From a virus, in IMG/VR virus record IMGVR_UViG_3300045988_122521: 64,000 nt of DNA; one strand, written 5' to 3'. Both the position numbers and the translations under genes were made by a program. This document shows, one piece after another, positions 28,272-36,984 of the stretch. The notes beneath the pieces were generated by a model, which saw only the letters and a list, made by a program, of their open reading frames with translations, did no database searches and had not been told where the DNA came from. Position 1 is the first letter of the stretch, and each line of letters starts with the position of its first letter.

Positions 28272-28495
28272 TTCTCCCCCTCCTGCTTCAATATCCCCAT
28301 GTCTACACACAGATCGATCAGTTTGTCATCGTTCAGGTCTATGGCTCGCTGCGCGATGTCGCGCAAATACCCTGACAACAGTTCGAGACCAACTGCAATT
28401 CCGAATGCGTTTGCCTTGACCGTCCTGCTTCTACTTTCGCTCAAGGTCCTGTCAATGGTCGAAAGCAGGTTGTTATAATCCATCTTTATTCTCAT
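28268..28495 (-). CDS. Hypothetical protein
   Basis: 75 aa, RBS GGAGGGA. Confidence 0.5.
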   Translation of the reverse strand: MRIKMDYNNLLSTIDRTLSESRSRTVKANAFGIAVGLELLSGYLRDIAQRAIDLNDDKLIDLCVDMGILKQEGEK

Positions 28496-28510
28496 GCAGT
28501 TATCCCTCCA

Positions 28511-28669
28511 TCAGCTCATATTACGCACTGTCAGCGCAGTATACAGCAGGCACGCGCCCAGCCACTGCAAGCTGGTAGCCCAGTCTCCTTTGCCGATAAT
28601 GTTCACCACGAAACTTCCCAGGGCTCCGGCCACCATCAGCAGCGGGAAAACAATTTTCAAAATTTCCAT
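28511..28669 (-). CDS. 52-aa membrane protein (below ORF-track cutoff)
   Basis: Manual call: ATG 28669 overlaps the upstream stop (TGATG). MEILKIVFPLLMVAGALGSFVVNIIGKGDWATSLQWLGACLLYTALTVRNMS. Confidence 0.45.
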   Translation of the reverse strand: MEILKIVFPLLMVAGALGSFVVNIIGKGDWATSLQWLGACLLYTALTVRNMS

Positions 28670-28887
28670 CACTCCACATCCACATACGCCAATCTCAAAA
28701 TATCGTCTACTAAACTGTCACAGCTGTCGCAGATGTAATCACCAGAATCATCGTAAAACTGATATGCTGTGCATGGTACAGCTTTAATCCCGGTGTATAA
28801 CTCCAAACGTCTGATAAATTCGCCGTAATCGGATTCTTCAAGCGTTCTAAGCTCTTGAAACTGCTGTCTTGTGATGCTGTTCATCAC
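28669..28887 (-). CDS. Hypothetical protein
   Basis: 72 aa, RBS AGGAGGTGGAG, ATGA coupling. Confidence 0.5.
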   Translation of the reverse strand: MMNSITRQQFQELRTLEESDYGEFIRRLELYTGIKAVPCTAYQFYDDSGDYICDSCDSLVDDILRLAYVDVE

Positions 28888-29219
28888 TCCACCTCCTGAC
28901 CCCAGAATTCTTTACGACAGTCAGCGCACAGCCGTTTTGTACAGTTACCGTATCTGTTCCGGCAATCAGTGGAAATGCGCTTTGGGCATAGCACCAAACA
29001 CCCGCTGCTGTCAATTTCCCCCTCCGGATACTGCTTCAGAAATACGCTCTGCCGCGTTTTGCGCGGGTGCAGTGCAGACCATTCCTCGACAGTGGCAACC
29101 TCGAGTTCCGGATTGTCATCTTCTGTGCAGCCCTGCCCGGTAGCGTAAACCGGGCAGGCAACACAAGGCCGTTCGGCGCACATTCTCTTGCGCTCTTGCA
29201 GAAACCTTACAGCGTCCAT
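28884..29219 (-). CDS. Cys-rich hypothetical protein
   Basis: 111 aa, RBS GGAGGGAG. Confidence 0.55.
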   Translation of the reverse strand: MDAVRFLQERKRMCAERPCVACPVYATGQGCTEDDNPELEVATVEEWSALHPRKTRQSVFLKQYPEGEIDSSGCLVLCPKRISTDCRNRYGNCTKRLCADCRKEFWGQEVE

Positions 29220-29462
29220 TTACTTCTCCCTCCATTTGCACTCGTCACAGGCGCCCTCGTGTGCTTGTTTGTACTTCCCGCAGTATTGACATAGCTCGTT
29301 GACAAGGGCCTTGCGGTCTGCCGCCAGCTTCTCGTTTGCGGCCATCAAACTACTATTGGTACCATCCAACTGCGAAATGCAGTTACAAGCAGCTTCTAAC
29401 TCGTCACGCAGGTCAATTAGTCTTTTTCTCAGCTTCGCAGTGTACTTAGTCACCAGATCCAT
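29220..29462 (-). CDS. Coiled-coil/Cys small protein
   Basis: 80 aa, RBS AAGGAGGAGG. Confidence 0.55.
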   Translation of the reverse strand: MDLVTKYTAKLRKRLIDLRDELEAACNCISQLDGTNSSLMAANEKLAADRKALVNELCQYCGKYKQAHEGACDECKWREK

Positions 29463-29907
29463 CGTCCTCCTCCTTTTCCCACCGAATTTTCATTTGTGCC
29501 GGGTATAGGTCAACCTCCGGTCTGCGCTTACCCGTCCACCGCAAACCGCCAGCCTGTCCCACGCATTTCCAGCCGCTGGCTTTCAGACTCACACCGCTTT
29601 CGCTGTCCAGTATGTAGGTCACAAGCCGCTTATAGCCCATCGCCCTCGCCGCCCGCCAAGCGGCGGCGTACAGCATGGAACAGGCGTTGCGGGTTCCGTC
29701 TGTGCAGAGGCGGTTTACTTCCAGCGTCCACCCGTCGTCTAAATGCCGCGCCACAGGTCTGCCCACAATAGCCACGCCCACGATTTCCTTTCCGTCCGTG
29801 CAGCCGATGGAAAACTTGTGTCCCACCACCGGTTTATGGTGTCGGTGGTGCTGCTCCACAAAGGCGTTCGCCTCCTTGAGCGTCATCGGGCATACTTCAA
29901 GGCTCAT
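29446..29907 (-). CDS. GNAT-fold protein (XF1762-like family)
   Basis: MTLKEANAFVEQHHRHHKPVVGHKFSIGC...VGVAIVGRPVAR...EVNRLCTDGTRNACSMLYAAAWRAARAMGYKRLVTYIL..ESGVSLKASGW. The pattern is recalled from XF1762/GNAT-like phage proteins. Confidence 0.5.
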   Translation of the reverse strand: MSLEVCPMTLKEANAFVEQHHRHHKPVVGHKFSIGCTDGKEIVGVAIVGRPVARHLDDGWTLEVNRLCTDGTRNACSMLYAAAWRAARAMGYKRLVTYILDSESGVSLKASGWKCVGQAGGLRWTGKRRPEVDLYPAQMKIRWEKEEDDGSGD

Positions 29908-30176
29908 TTCTGCTCCTTCACCGCCACGGCCTTGGCAAACTGCGCCAGTCCATCACTCATGTCCGCGATCTGCGCATCCCGCCGCAGTACGGTGTCCCGC
30001 AGTCCGGCGTTGGCTTTCATCAGTGCCTCGATGTGCCGCTGCTGGTTCTCGATCAGGTCGGCGGCGGCATCCAACACTCGTTCTTGGCAACGCTGCCTAT
30101 CATTGTGGATTGTGCAGCCATGACACTCTCCCTCGGCACAGCACCGCAGCGCGGTCACAATCTCATCTCTTGTCAT
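29904..30176 (-). CDS. Cys + coiled-coil small protein, paralogue A
   Basis: MTRDEIVTALRCCAEGECHGC...AADLIENQQRHIEAL...LRDTVLRRDAQI..M.DGLAQFAKAVAV. Paralogue at 30656-30952. Confidence 0.6.
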   Translation of the reverse strand: MTRDEIVTALRCCAEGECHGCTIHNDRQRCQERVLDAAADLIENQQRHIEALMKANAGLRDTVLRRDAQIADMSDGLAQFAKAVAVKEQK

Positions 30177-30185
30177 GTCATTCCT
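29904..30185. repeat. Direct repeat copy 1 (~280 bp) flanking the small methyltransferase cassette
   Basis: About 88% identity by eye over ~150 nt (ACCGCCACGGCCTTGGCAAACTGCGCCAGTCC...), with an identical CTTGTCATGTCATTCCTCC end shared with 30656-30962. Confidence 0.7.
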
Positions 30186-30675
30186 CCATAAGTTTCATAA
30201 AACATCCCCAAAATGTCTGTGACTTCTTTCCGCTATGATGCCCAAAAAGCGGGCGTTCTCCGATTGCTGCCCACACATCTGCTGCTGGTATCTGAGTTTC
30301 AGCCCACTTGAAAATCAATACGCCGTCAGGCTTCAATACGCGCATACATTCTTGAAATCCGTCATGCAGCATTTCGCGCCAGTTCTCGCCGAGCTGTCCG
30401 TACTTCTTCCGCATCCACGCATTTTCTCCAACGCGGCGCAAATGCGGTGGGTCAAAAACAACAAGAGAAAATGTGTTGTCCGAAAACGGCAGATCCGTAA
30501 AATCGCACTGTATGTCTGGATGGATGATGCACTTGCGCTCAGAATCGTGGTAGGTGCTTGACCAGACCGCGGAACATTCCTCGTCGCGGATATCGCAGTA
30601 GACTACCGCCGGATGCTGCTTGTCAAACCAGATAGTCCTGCTTCCACACGTCACGTCAAGTATCTTCTTTTCCAT
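30178..30675 (-). CDS. Small SAM-dependent DNA methyltransferase (DPPH motif)
   Basis: Start refined to ATG 30675. Motif I-like ILDVTCGSRT and motif IV VVFDPPH. Confidence 0.65.
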   Translation of the reverse strand: MEKKILDVTCGSRTIWFDKQHPAVVYCDIRDEECSAVWSSTYHDSERKCIIHPDIQCDFTDLPFSDNTFSLVVFDPPHLRRVGENAWMRKKYGQLGENWREMLHDGFQECMRVLKPDGVLIFKWAETQIPAADVWAAIGERPLFGHHSGKKSQTFWGCFMKLMEE

Positions 30676-30952
30676 TCTGCTCCTCCCCCACCGCCACGGC
30701 CTTGGCAAACTGCGCCAGTCCCTCGCTCATCTCCTCGATCTGCGCATCCCGCCGCAGTACGGTATCCCGCAGGGCGGCGTTAGCCTGCAACAGTGCCTCG
30801 ATGTGTCGCTGCTGGTTCTCGATCAGGTCAGCGGCAGCGGACTTTAGCGGTGGCAGACATACTTCCACCCTGTACATCGGACACTTGAGGCAGTCGTCGC
30901 ATTTTTCGGTCGCACAGCACCGCAGCGCGGTCACGATCTCGTCCCTTGTCAT
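30656..30952 (-). CDS. Cys + coiled-coil small protein, paralogue B
   Basis: MTRDEIVTALRCCATEKCDDCLKC...AADLIENQQRHIEALLQANAALRDTVLRRDAQIEEMSEGLAQFAKAVAV. Confidence 0.6.
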   Translation of the reverse strand: MTRDEIVTALRCCATEKCDDCLKCPMYRVEVCLPPLKSAAADLIENQQRHIEALLQANAALRDTVLRRDAQIEEMSEGLAQFAKAVAVGEEQNGKEDT

Positions 30953-30962
30953 GTCATTCCTC
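30656..30962. repeat. Direct repeat copy 2 flanking the small methyltransferase cassette
   Basis: See copy 1 (29904-30185). Confidence 0.7.
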
Positions 30963-32894
30963 CTCCGGAAAATGTTTCTTCGTCACGGCGATGGGAAACG
31001 GCTCGATCTCGCTTGCCCACAGCGCCGTGCCTTTTCCATGTATGCGCTCCCAGATCAGCGGGAAACCTGCGATGCCGTCGAACAAGCTCCCCAGCGTCGC
31101 GCCCTCCGGCAGATACCGCGCCATACGCCGCAGCATCCAGTCCCAGAAGGGCAGGGCGATGGAGTTACCCAGTGCCTTGTACCGTGGGCTGTCCGCACTT
31201 CCTTTCGCTTTTATTTCGCGCCCGCGTTTATCTGTTTTAACCCAATCTCCGATGTCCGTCCATCCGTCCGGGAAACCCTGCAGCCGTTCGCATTCCATCG
31301 GTGTCAGGCGGCGCACGACCATGTGTGTGATAGCAAGGTCTGTGCTGTCCTTAAAGTCCCGTTGCTTGCAACTGCTTGCAACCTCGGCGGCGCGGTAATC
31401 TCCAAACCCATTCATCTGGTATGTCAGCGGCACTTGGTTTCCGCCCGTGCCCATCCTCGCCTGCAAACTGGGGGCCTGCTCCCCACACTCGCGGATGACG
31501 TCACAGGCGTGTGTCATGTCCAGCGCCACCACTGCGGGCTTATTCCCGCCGCACTCGGCGTTCAGTGTAGGAGACAGTTCCTCTTGATAGCCGATGCTCC
31601 GCGCCTGTTCACTATTGCCCAGCTTAAAACCGGCGGCGATGAAGGTCTGCTGTTTCATTCCCGGCTGTGCGCCCAGCGCACCAGCTACATCATGGAGGTC
31701 GCGCACCTCGTCCCGCTGATTTGTGGCAAAGGCCATCACCGCTGGGGTTTGGTTCGTCCCACTGGGCGCCGCCGCCAGCACGGGCGACACTTCCTCACCG
31801 TACCCGATGCCGCCCGCCTGTGCGCCCTGTCCGGCCTTAAACCCGGCGCACAGTACGCTGTCCCGCGCCATGCCGCCGTTTCCGCTGCCATCGTGGTTGC
31901 GGCTTTCACCGCCGCCCTGCCATCTTGTAGCCTTGTCGTTGATGGGGATAGCCACCACCGGCTGATTGTTCCCGCTCATGCCCGCCGCTGCGGTCAGTGT
32001 GGGCGCGCGGTCGTCTGTCCGCAGTTCCGCGCCGCCCTGCTGTGTGGCCATGCAAAAAATTGCTGGGTTATTTACCCCTCCGCCAATGCCACCTTGCAAT
32101 GTAGGAGCTTCGCCGCTTGTGCCAAAAATACGCTTACTTTGGCAATCCCACGGAGTTATACAGCTTTGGAAAATTGTCTGATCGTTTCCCGTACCCAGCG
32201 TTCCGCTTTTCTCCGTCTGCACTAACGCGCCTTTTCCTCCTCCGTCACACCCCCCCCTGATGCGGACTGCATAAGAAGCACCTGCTTCAGCAGCTTCGGC
32301 AAATCCTTCCCCCGCCTCTCCGCTCTCCGCAATATCCCCTGACACACTTTTGCGCTCAAATTGTATTTGGGCAGCGGATTCTCCTCCAAAATCTGCGACA
32401 ACCGAGATTCTTCGGCGACGCTGTGGGGTCCCCAGACGGATAACATTTCCTGTACGGCTGTCTCGGATGGTTTTTCCCCAGTCCTTAGCGTCGTGAGTTC
32501 TCCAAGCGATAGACCACCCATCACCGTCGATGGCGCCTGCCTTTGTCCATTTCCACTTTTCCGGCAGTCCAGATAGAGAAAATCCTGGTTCTGCGATACG
32601 CGCAATTTCCTCCAGCACGGCGTGGAAGTCCCGTCCTCCGTTGCTGCTGTATGCGCCCGTGACGTTTTCCCACACAAGATACCGAGGTCTGACCATGTTA
32701 CCTGTCCGTCCATTTCGTTTGTCCTCCGCTCTCATTTCTTTCACGATGCGCACCTGCTCCATAAACAGGCCGCTTCGCGCTCCCGCCAAACCGGCTCGTT
32801 TCCCGGCGATGGAAAGGTCCTGACAGGGACTTCCGCCCGTTACCACCCACACCGGGTTGATCTCCGCGCCGTTGATATTAGTAATATCTCCCAA
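30954..32894 (-). CDS. DNA (cytosine-5) methyltransferase, circularly permuted motif order, multiple TRD-like repeats
   Basis: N-terminus starts at motif IV (GGSPCQDLS). Then ENV (YLVWENV), QRRRR, about six xPTL..GG..P TRD-like repeats, motif IX RRLTPMECERLQGFP, motif X ALGNSIALPF. Motifs I-II follow (LGSLFDGIAGFPL, ASEIEPF) at the extreme C-terminus. TTG start. Confidence 0.85.
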   Translation of the reverse strand: MGDITNINGAEINPVWVVTGGSPCQDLSIAGKRAGLAGARSGLFMEQVRIVKEMRAEDKRNGRTGNMVRPRYLVWENVTGAYSSNGGRDFHAVLEEIARIAEPGFSLSGLPEKWKWTKAGAIDGDGWSIAWRTHDAKDWGKTIRDSRTGNVIRLGTPQRRRRISVVADFGGESAAQIQFERKSVSGDIAESGEAGEGFAEAAEAGASYAVRIRGGCDGGGKGALVQTEKSGTLGTGNDQTIFQSCITPWDCQSKRIFGTSGEAPTLQGGIGGGVNNPAIFCMATQQGGAELRTDDRAPTLTAAAGMSGNNQPVVAIPINDKATRWQGGGESRNHDGSGNGGMARDSVLCAGFKAGQGAQAGGIGYGEEVSPVLAAAPSGTNQTPAVMAFATNQRDEVRDLHDVAGALGAQPGMKQQTFIAAGFKLGNSEQARSIGYQEELSPTLNAECGGNKPAVVALDMTHACDVIRECGEQAPSLQARMGTGGNQVPLTYQMNGFGDYRAAEVASSCKQRDFKDSTDLAITHMVVRRLTPMECERLQGFPDGWTDIGDWVKTDKRGREIKAKGSADSPRYKALGNSIALPFWDWMLRRMARYLPEGATLGSLFDGIAGFPLIWERIHGKGTALWASEIEPFPIAVTKKHFPEEE

Positions 32895-32916
32895 GTGCTT
32901 TATGGCGCGTCATCTC

Positions 32917-33192
32917 CTAATCTCCAAACACCACGCCGCACTCGTCCTTCAGCACGTCCTTGATGTGCTTGCGCTTGATGCGGCCTTCGTTGATCTCCTG
33001 CGTGATCTTTTCCAGGCACTCGTACAGATACGCGATACTCTGCGTGTCGCGGCTGTCCGGCGTCTCCTCCTGGACGTGCCAGCCGCACTTGTCGATCAGC
33101 GCCATCGCCACCATGTCCATGCACTCCTGCGTGCCTCTGCGCTTGCCGTCCATAAAGATACGGTCGTCCCGGCTCAAATGCTGCTTGCCCAT
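32917..33192 (-). CDS. Hypothetical protein
   Basis: Start refined to ATG 33192 (MGKQHLSRDD), with a TGATG overlap with the upstream stop. Confidence 0.5.
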   Translation of the reverse strand: MGKQHLSRDDRIFMDGKRRGTQECMDMVAMALIDKCGWHVQEETPDSRDTQSIAYLYECLEKITQEINEGRIKRKHIKDVLKDECGVVFGD

Positions 33193-33470
33193 CAGCCCGC
33201 CTCCCCGTCGCACCGGCGCAGGCGCAGGCTCTCTGCCAGATCACCTTTTTTGTCGTATCTCTCGCGCAGGCAGTTGCTGCACTCCGGCTTCGTACATGTC
33301 AGGCACTTCTCGATGTCCGCCATATTTTCGCCTCTGGGCAGCTGCGCCGCATCTGGGGCAAACCGCCCCCCTCTGCGAAGGTTCCCCTCCATCCTATCCG
33401 CCGAAAACCACGGCAGCACGCTTCCCTGTGCCATGCGGAGCATCCGCGGCAGTGCTGTGCTTCCTGTCAT
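33192..33470 (-). CDS. Hypothetical protein
   Basis: 92 aa, RBS GAGGGAGG. Confidence 0.45.
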   Translation of the reverse strand: MTGSTALPRMLRMAQGSVLPWFSADRMEGNLRRGGRFAPDAAQLPRGENMADIEKCLTCTKPECSNCLRERYDKKGDLAESLRLRRCDGEAG

Positions 33471-33475
33471 GTTCC

Positions 33476-33946
33476 TTAAACCTCCCTCACGCTGATGCCA
33501 TGGATATACAGCATCAGTTTTCTTTTCATCACGAATACCCTGTATGTGGCGCTGGCGGTGTCACGAAAGCCCTTGGAGTCCTCCACCACCGTCTCGCCGT
33601 CTTTCTGGTACACAAAATCAGCTACATAGTTGATTGGCTGCTCCCTCGTACCGTCCGGATGCACCTGCTTTGGGATCAGTGGATACTGTACCTGTCTCCG
33701 CAGCCCCGATATTTCGCCTGCCCTCTGCATCAGCCACAGATCCATGTACCGCCGAGCTTCCCGCCGGCTGTCGAAGTGCATCTGCGTGCCATCCGGCATG
33801 GTCATATCCACAGGTTTGGCGTGAAGTTTGTTGCCTTTCTTGGGACTTTGGTTCTCCTGCGGCGTCTGCTGTGCCTGCATTTTCTGCAATATCTGTGCCT
33901 GTGCTTTCTGGCTGAAGCGGCCTATGTCCTCCATTGTCAGTCCCAT
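33476..33946 (-). CDS. DUF1064-like endonuclease (Holliday-junction-resolvase-like)
   Basis: KGNKLHAKPV..DG..FDSRREARRYMDL.L.QRAGEISGLRRQV.YPL.......INYVADFVY...GETVVEDSKG matches the DUF1064 pattern as recalled. Confidence 0.6.
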   Translation of the reverse strand: MGLTMEDIGRFSQKAQAQILQKMQAQQTPQENQSPKKGNKLHAKPVDMTMPDGTQMHFDSRREARRYMDLWLMQRAGEISGLRRQVQYPLIPKQVHPDGTREQPINYVADFVYQKDGETVVEDSKGFRDTASATYRVFVMKRKLMLYIHGISVREV

Positions 33947-33955
33947 ACTCTCCGG

Positions 33956-35308
33956 TCACTCCTCGACGGTGCTCGTATCCAGACGCTTTCTTCTGGGACG
34001 CCGATGGAACCGGTCCACCGGTTCCTCATCTTCCGTTCTCTTGCTCACCTCCATGAATGTCATCTTTGACCCGTCGAAATAGAGGTTCACATCTCCGGTG
34101 CGTCCACGCCGATTCTTCGCCACGGTGCATCCTACCTGCGTATCATCTCCTGGGTCTGTTTTCCAGAGGAAGATGACCTTCACTGCGTTCTGCTCCAGCT
34201 CTCCGCTGTCTCGCAGAGAGGACAGCTTGGGCTTGTCCGTCTCGTTTACCGTGCGGGACAACTGCGCCGCCGCCACAATGGGTATCTCCATCTCCGATGC
34301 CAGCAGTTTCAGTTCTCTGCTGATGCCGCCCAGTTCCAGATTTCGGTTTTCGGCCCGCTTGTCTTTTTCACCGATCATCAAGCCCAGATAGTCCACCACG
34401 ATCATTTTCAGATCCTCGATGCCCAGCGCCAGCTCTCGGATACGGCTCACCGTCACGTCCGGCCCATCGTAAAAATAGATTGGCAGTTTCGATTCCACGC
34501 TGGCGGTATAGGCGATGTTCATCCACAACTCCTCGTCCGTCTCCGGAACGCCGTCAATGAGCTGATCCATGGTCACACCCGCTGTCCGCTTGGCCAACAG
34601 GCGCTCTCCCACCTCTCCAGCCAGCATCTCCGCCGTGATGTGTAGCACAGTCTTCCCTTTTCGTGCAGCAGCCTCCGCCATCTCCATGCACATGGCACTC
34701 TTGCCGCACCCCGGCCGCGCTCCCACGAGGATCAACTGTCCAGGCCACAAGCCTTTCAGGGTCGCATCCAGCAGCGGGAACCCCGTGTCGATACGTCCCT
34801 CCTTTTTGCCGGAGATGCTGTCCATGGCCTCGCTCATGGCATCCGCCATGGTTTTCAGCCGTCCGCCCCGCCGCGCTTTCATCTTCTGGTGGCAGATAGC
34901 CGCCACAGCCGCCTGCGGATCTTCTTCGTTCTGGAGCGCTTCCGTTACACGCTCACAAAACCGTTCGTTTTCAGCCGCTTTATGTATCAGCTGTGCGTGG
35001 AGCTCTGCGTTGGCGGTGGTCACGGTGATCTCACTGCACTGCCGCAGGAACTGCAGCGGCTCTGCGACCATATCCTTGATGGCCTCCACGCCGGATGCGA
35101 TGTCAAAATGCCGTCCTGCCCGCGTGTCCTGCAAGCAGCGGTCAAACACAGCCCCGCATACCGACAGGCTGAAATCGTCCTTCTCCACCAGCTCGGCCAA
35201 CTTCCGCACCAGCTCCGGTTTCTGCAAGAGGACACCCACCAGCAGATATTCCATCTCCGCGGTGTCCCTGTGGCGGAGCATCGGCGCAGGCATTATCTCG
35301 TTTGCCAT
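33956..35308 (-). CDS. dnaB: Replicative DNA helicase DnaB
   Basis: 450 aa. Walker A GARPGCGKS, DnaB N- and C-domain signatures, RBS AAGGAGGAG. Confidence 0.9.
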   Translation of the reverse strand: MANEIMPAPMLRHRDTAEMEYLLVGVLLQKPELVRKLAELVEKDDFSLSVCGAVFDRCLQDTRAGRHFDIASGVEAIKDMVAEPLQFLRQCSEITVTTANAELHAQLIHKAAENERFCERVTEALQNEEDPQAAVAAICHQKMKARRGGRLKTMADAMSEAMDSISGKKEGRIDTGFPLLDATLKGLWPGQLILVGARPGCGKSAMCMEMAEAAARKGKTVLHITAEMLAGEVGERLLAKRTAGVTMDQLIDGVPETDEELWMNIAYTASVESKLPIYFYDGPDVTVSRIRELALGIEDLKMIVVDYLGLMIGEKDKRAENRNLELGGISRELKLLASEMEIPIVAAAQLSRTVNETDKPKLSSLRDSGELEQNAVKVIFLWKTDPGDDTQVGCTVAKNRRGRTGDVNLYFDGSKMTFMEVSKRTEDEEPVDRFHRRPRRKRLDTSTVEE

Positions 35309-35315
35309 GATCGTC

Positions 35316-36410
35316 TCACTCCTCCTTCACCGGCCCCTGCTCTTTTACCATGTCGGCGAATATCTCGTTGAAGTACCGTTTCAGGTCAAAGGTGCTCTGC
35401 ACTTTCTTCCCCCACCACGGGCTGTTCAGTGCGAAATAGAGTACGTTGTCCACCGTATCCCACGCCACACCGTTCTGCTCGTGAAGTTCGTCCAGCGCCG
35501 CGGCCTGCCTTTGCATCTCTGCTTCGGTGGGATTTGCCCTGCCTGGGTTATCTCGGGCCTTTTCCTTGGCGAGGTACTGTGCGATCTGGTATGCTTCGCT
35601 GGTGTGGTCAATGGTGGGATTCCCGTCCACAGGTGTGAATTCCTGTGTGTAGTTCCCCTCAAGGGTTTTCTGGAAGTTGTCAGGGCTGGTGATGAGCCAG
35701 TCGAAGCTGGCCACGAAGCCGCGCTTGTTCTTCCCCTTCAGGAACGGACTGTTCTTCACGTTCTCAATAGCTTTCAGCACACCGTCCACGCCATTTTCCC
35801 GGATGCGTGCTTTCAGCGCCCGTCCCCGTTTGGTCTCCGCCGTGACCTTCATCACTTGGGTCAGGCCGGTCTCATTCCACGCCGTCACGATGCGTCGGAC
35901 ATCGCCTGTCCGACACACAGGCTCTTTAGAGCCTGTATATATTTCTGACTCTATCTCTGACTCTATCTCTTTCTCTCCGTAACCGATTTCGCACGGTGTT
36001 GTAACAACGTTACGCTCTGGCTGGGGCAAAGCATTGTTTTTCCGCGCCCGATAGTCGCGCATCCGCTGAGCCGCGGCCCCTTCACTGCCCACATTTTTCA
36101 CGGCGTAAGGAAGAAAAACCTCCGTCAAATCGTCAGATGCTTCCGCCAACCCGCAAGAAATAAGATAGCGCAGTGTGACTTCCACATTGGCGGGATCTTC
36201 GTCCATGTCCAAAGCCAACTCGTCGGCAAACTTTTCTTCCAACCCAGACCACTTTAGGATGCCGTCGTGCTTCATCGCCATGAGCTGCATTTTCAAGTAG
36301 ATGATGACGTATGTATCTCCTCCGGCTATCTTCCGCAGTTTCTTGATGCGTTTTGAGGTAAAGAAGTCGTCGTACAGTTTCAGCCAGAAATACCGTTTTT
36401 CTTCTGCCAT
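35316..36410 (-). CDS. Phage replisome organizer / DnaD-like replication protein
   Basis: ATG 36410 (RBS GAGGGAG). MAEEKRYFWLKLYDDFFTSKRIKKLRKIAGGDTYVIIYLKMQL is the replisome-organizer N-domain signature. Confidence 0.7.
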   Translation of the reverse strand: MAEEKRYFWLKLYDDFFTSKRIKKLRKIAGGDTYVIIYLKMQLMAMKHDGILKWSGLEEKFADELALDMDEDPANVEVTLRYLISCGLAEASDDLTEVFLPYAVKNVGSEGAAAQRMRDYRARKNNALPQPERNVVTTPCEIGYGEKEIESEIESEIYTGSKEPVCRTGDVRRIVTAWNETGLTQVMKVTAETKRGRALKARIRENGVDGVLKAIENVKNSPFLKGKNKRGFVASFDWLITSPDNFQKTLEGNYTQEFTPVDGNPTIDHTSEAYQIAQYLAKEKARDNPGRANPTEAEMQRQAAALDELHEQNGVAWDTVDNVLYFALNSPWWGKKVQSTFDLKRYFNEIFADMVKEQGPVKEE

Positions 36411-36423
36411 AAAGATCACTCCC

Positions 36424-36984
36424 TCAAATGCTCAGTTCGTAGTCATCGTCTCCGCCGTCCTGATCCCACGGCAGCAACTCCTCCTCGTCGATTTCCTGCG
36501 GCTCCGCCGTGCGCTGAGATACGGCGTTCTGCGTCACACCGGAGACTCCTGCCGGAGATTCTCCCGCGCACAGTTTTTCCAGTTTTGGCAGCAAGTCGGC
36601 CAGTCTCAAAAACACCTCTACCGGCACCTGCAGCAGTGTTTCCAAGGCCCCCAGAGGTATCACATGGTCCGCGCGGAGTTCGCTCCACACTTTCTCCTCG
36701 CCGTCTCTGGTGGTATACGGTCTCTGCCGCCAAGTACCTACCACACATACCGCGTCTCCTTTTTCCAGGCACGCGCTGAGTTTTGCTGCGGCATTTTCTC
36801 CCACGGCACATACGTTCATGAACTGCTTGCTGTCGTAGCCCATGCCGTATTCCACCTTCGGAGTGCCCTTCTTGGGGATCTCGCCTATGCGAGGGTCCCG
36901 ACTGACGGAACCAGTACAGATCATGTATTGGCTCCCGTCAGCCTTGCCCTCTCCATCCAAGCGCTTACGGACAAAGAGCGGCAT
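36424..36984 (-). CDS. SSB-like OB-fold protein with acidic C-terminal tail
   Basis: 186 aa. C-terminal DQDGGDDDYELSI tail, located between the recT and replication genes. Confidence 0.5.
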   Translation of the reverse strand: MPLFVRKRLDGEGKADGSQYMICTGSVSRDPRIGEIPKKGTPKVEYGMGYDSKQFMNVCAVGENAAAKLSACLEKGDAVCVVGTWRQRPYTTRDGEEKVWSELRADHVIPLGALETLLQVPVEVFLRLADLLPKLEKLCAGESPAGVSGVTQNAVSQRTAEPQEIDEEELLPWDQDGGDDDYELSI

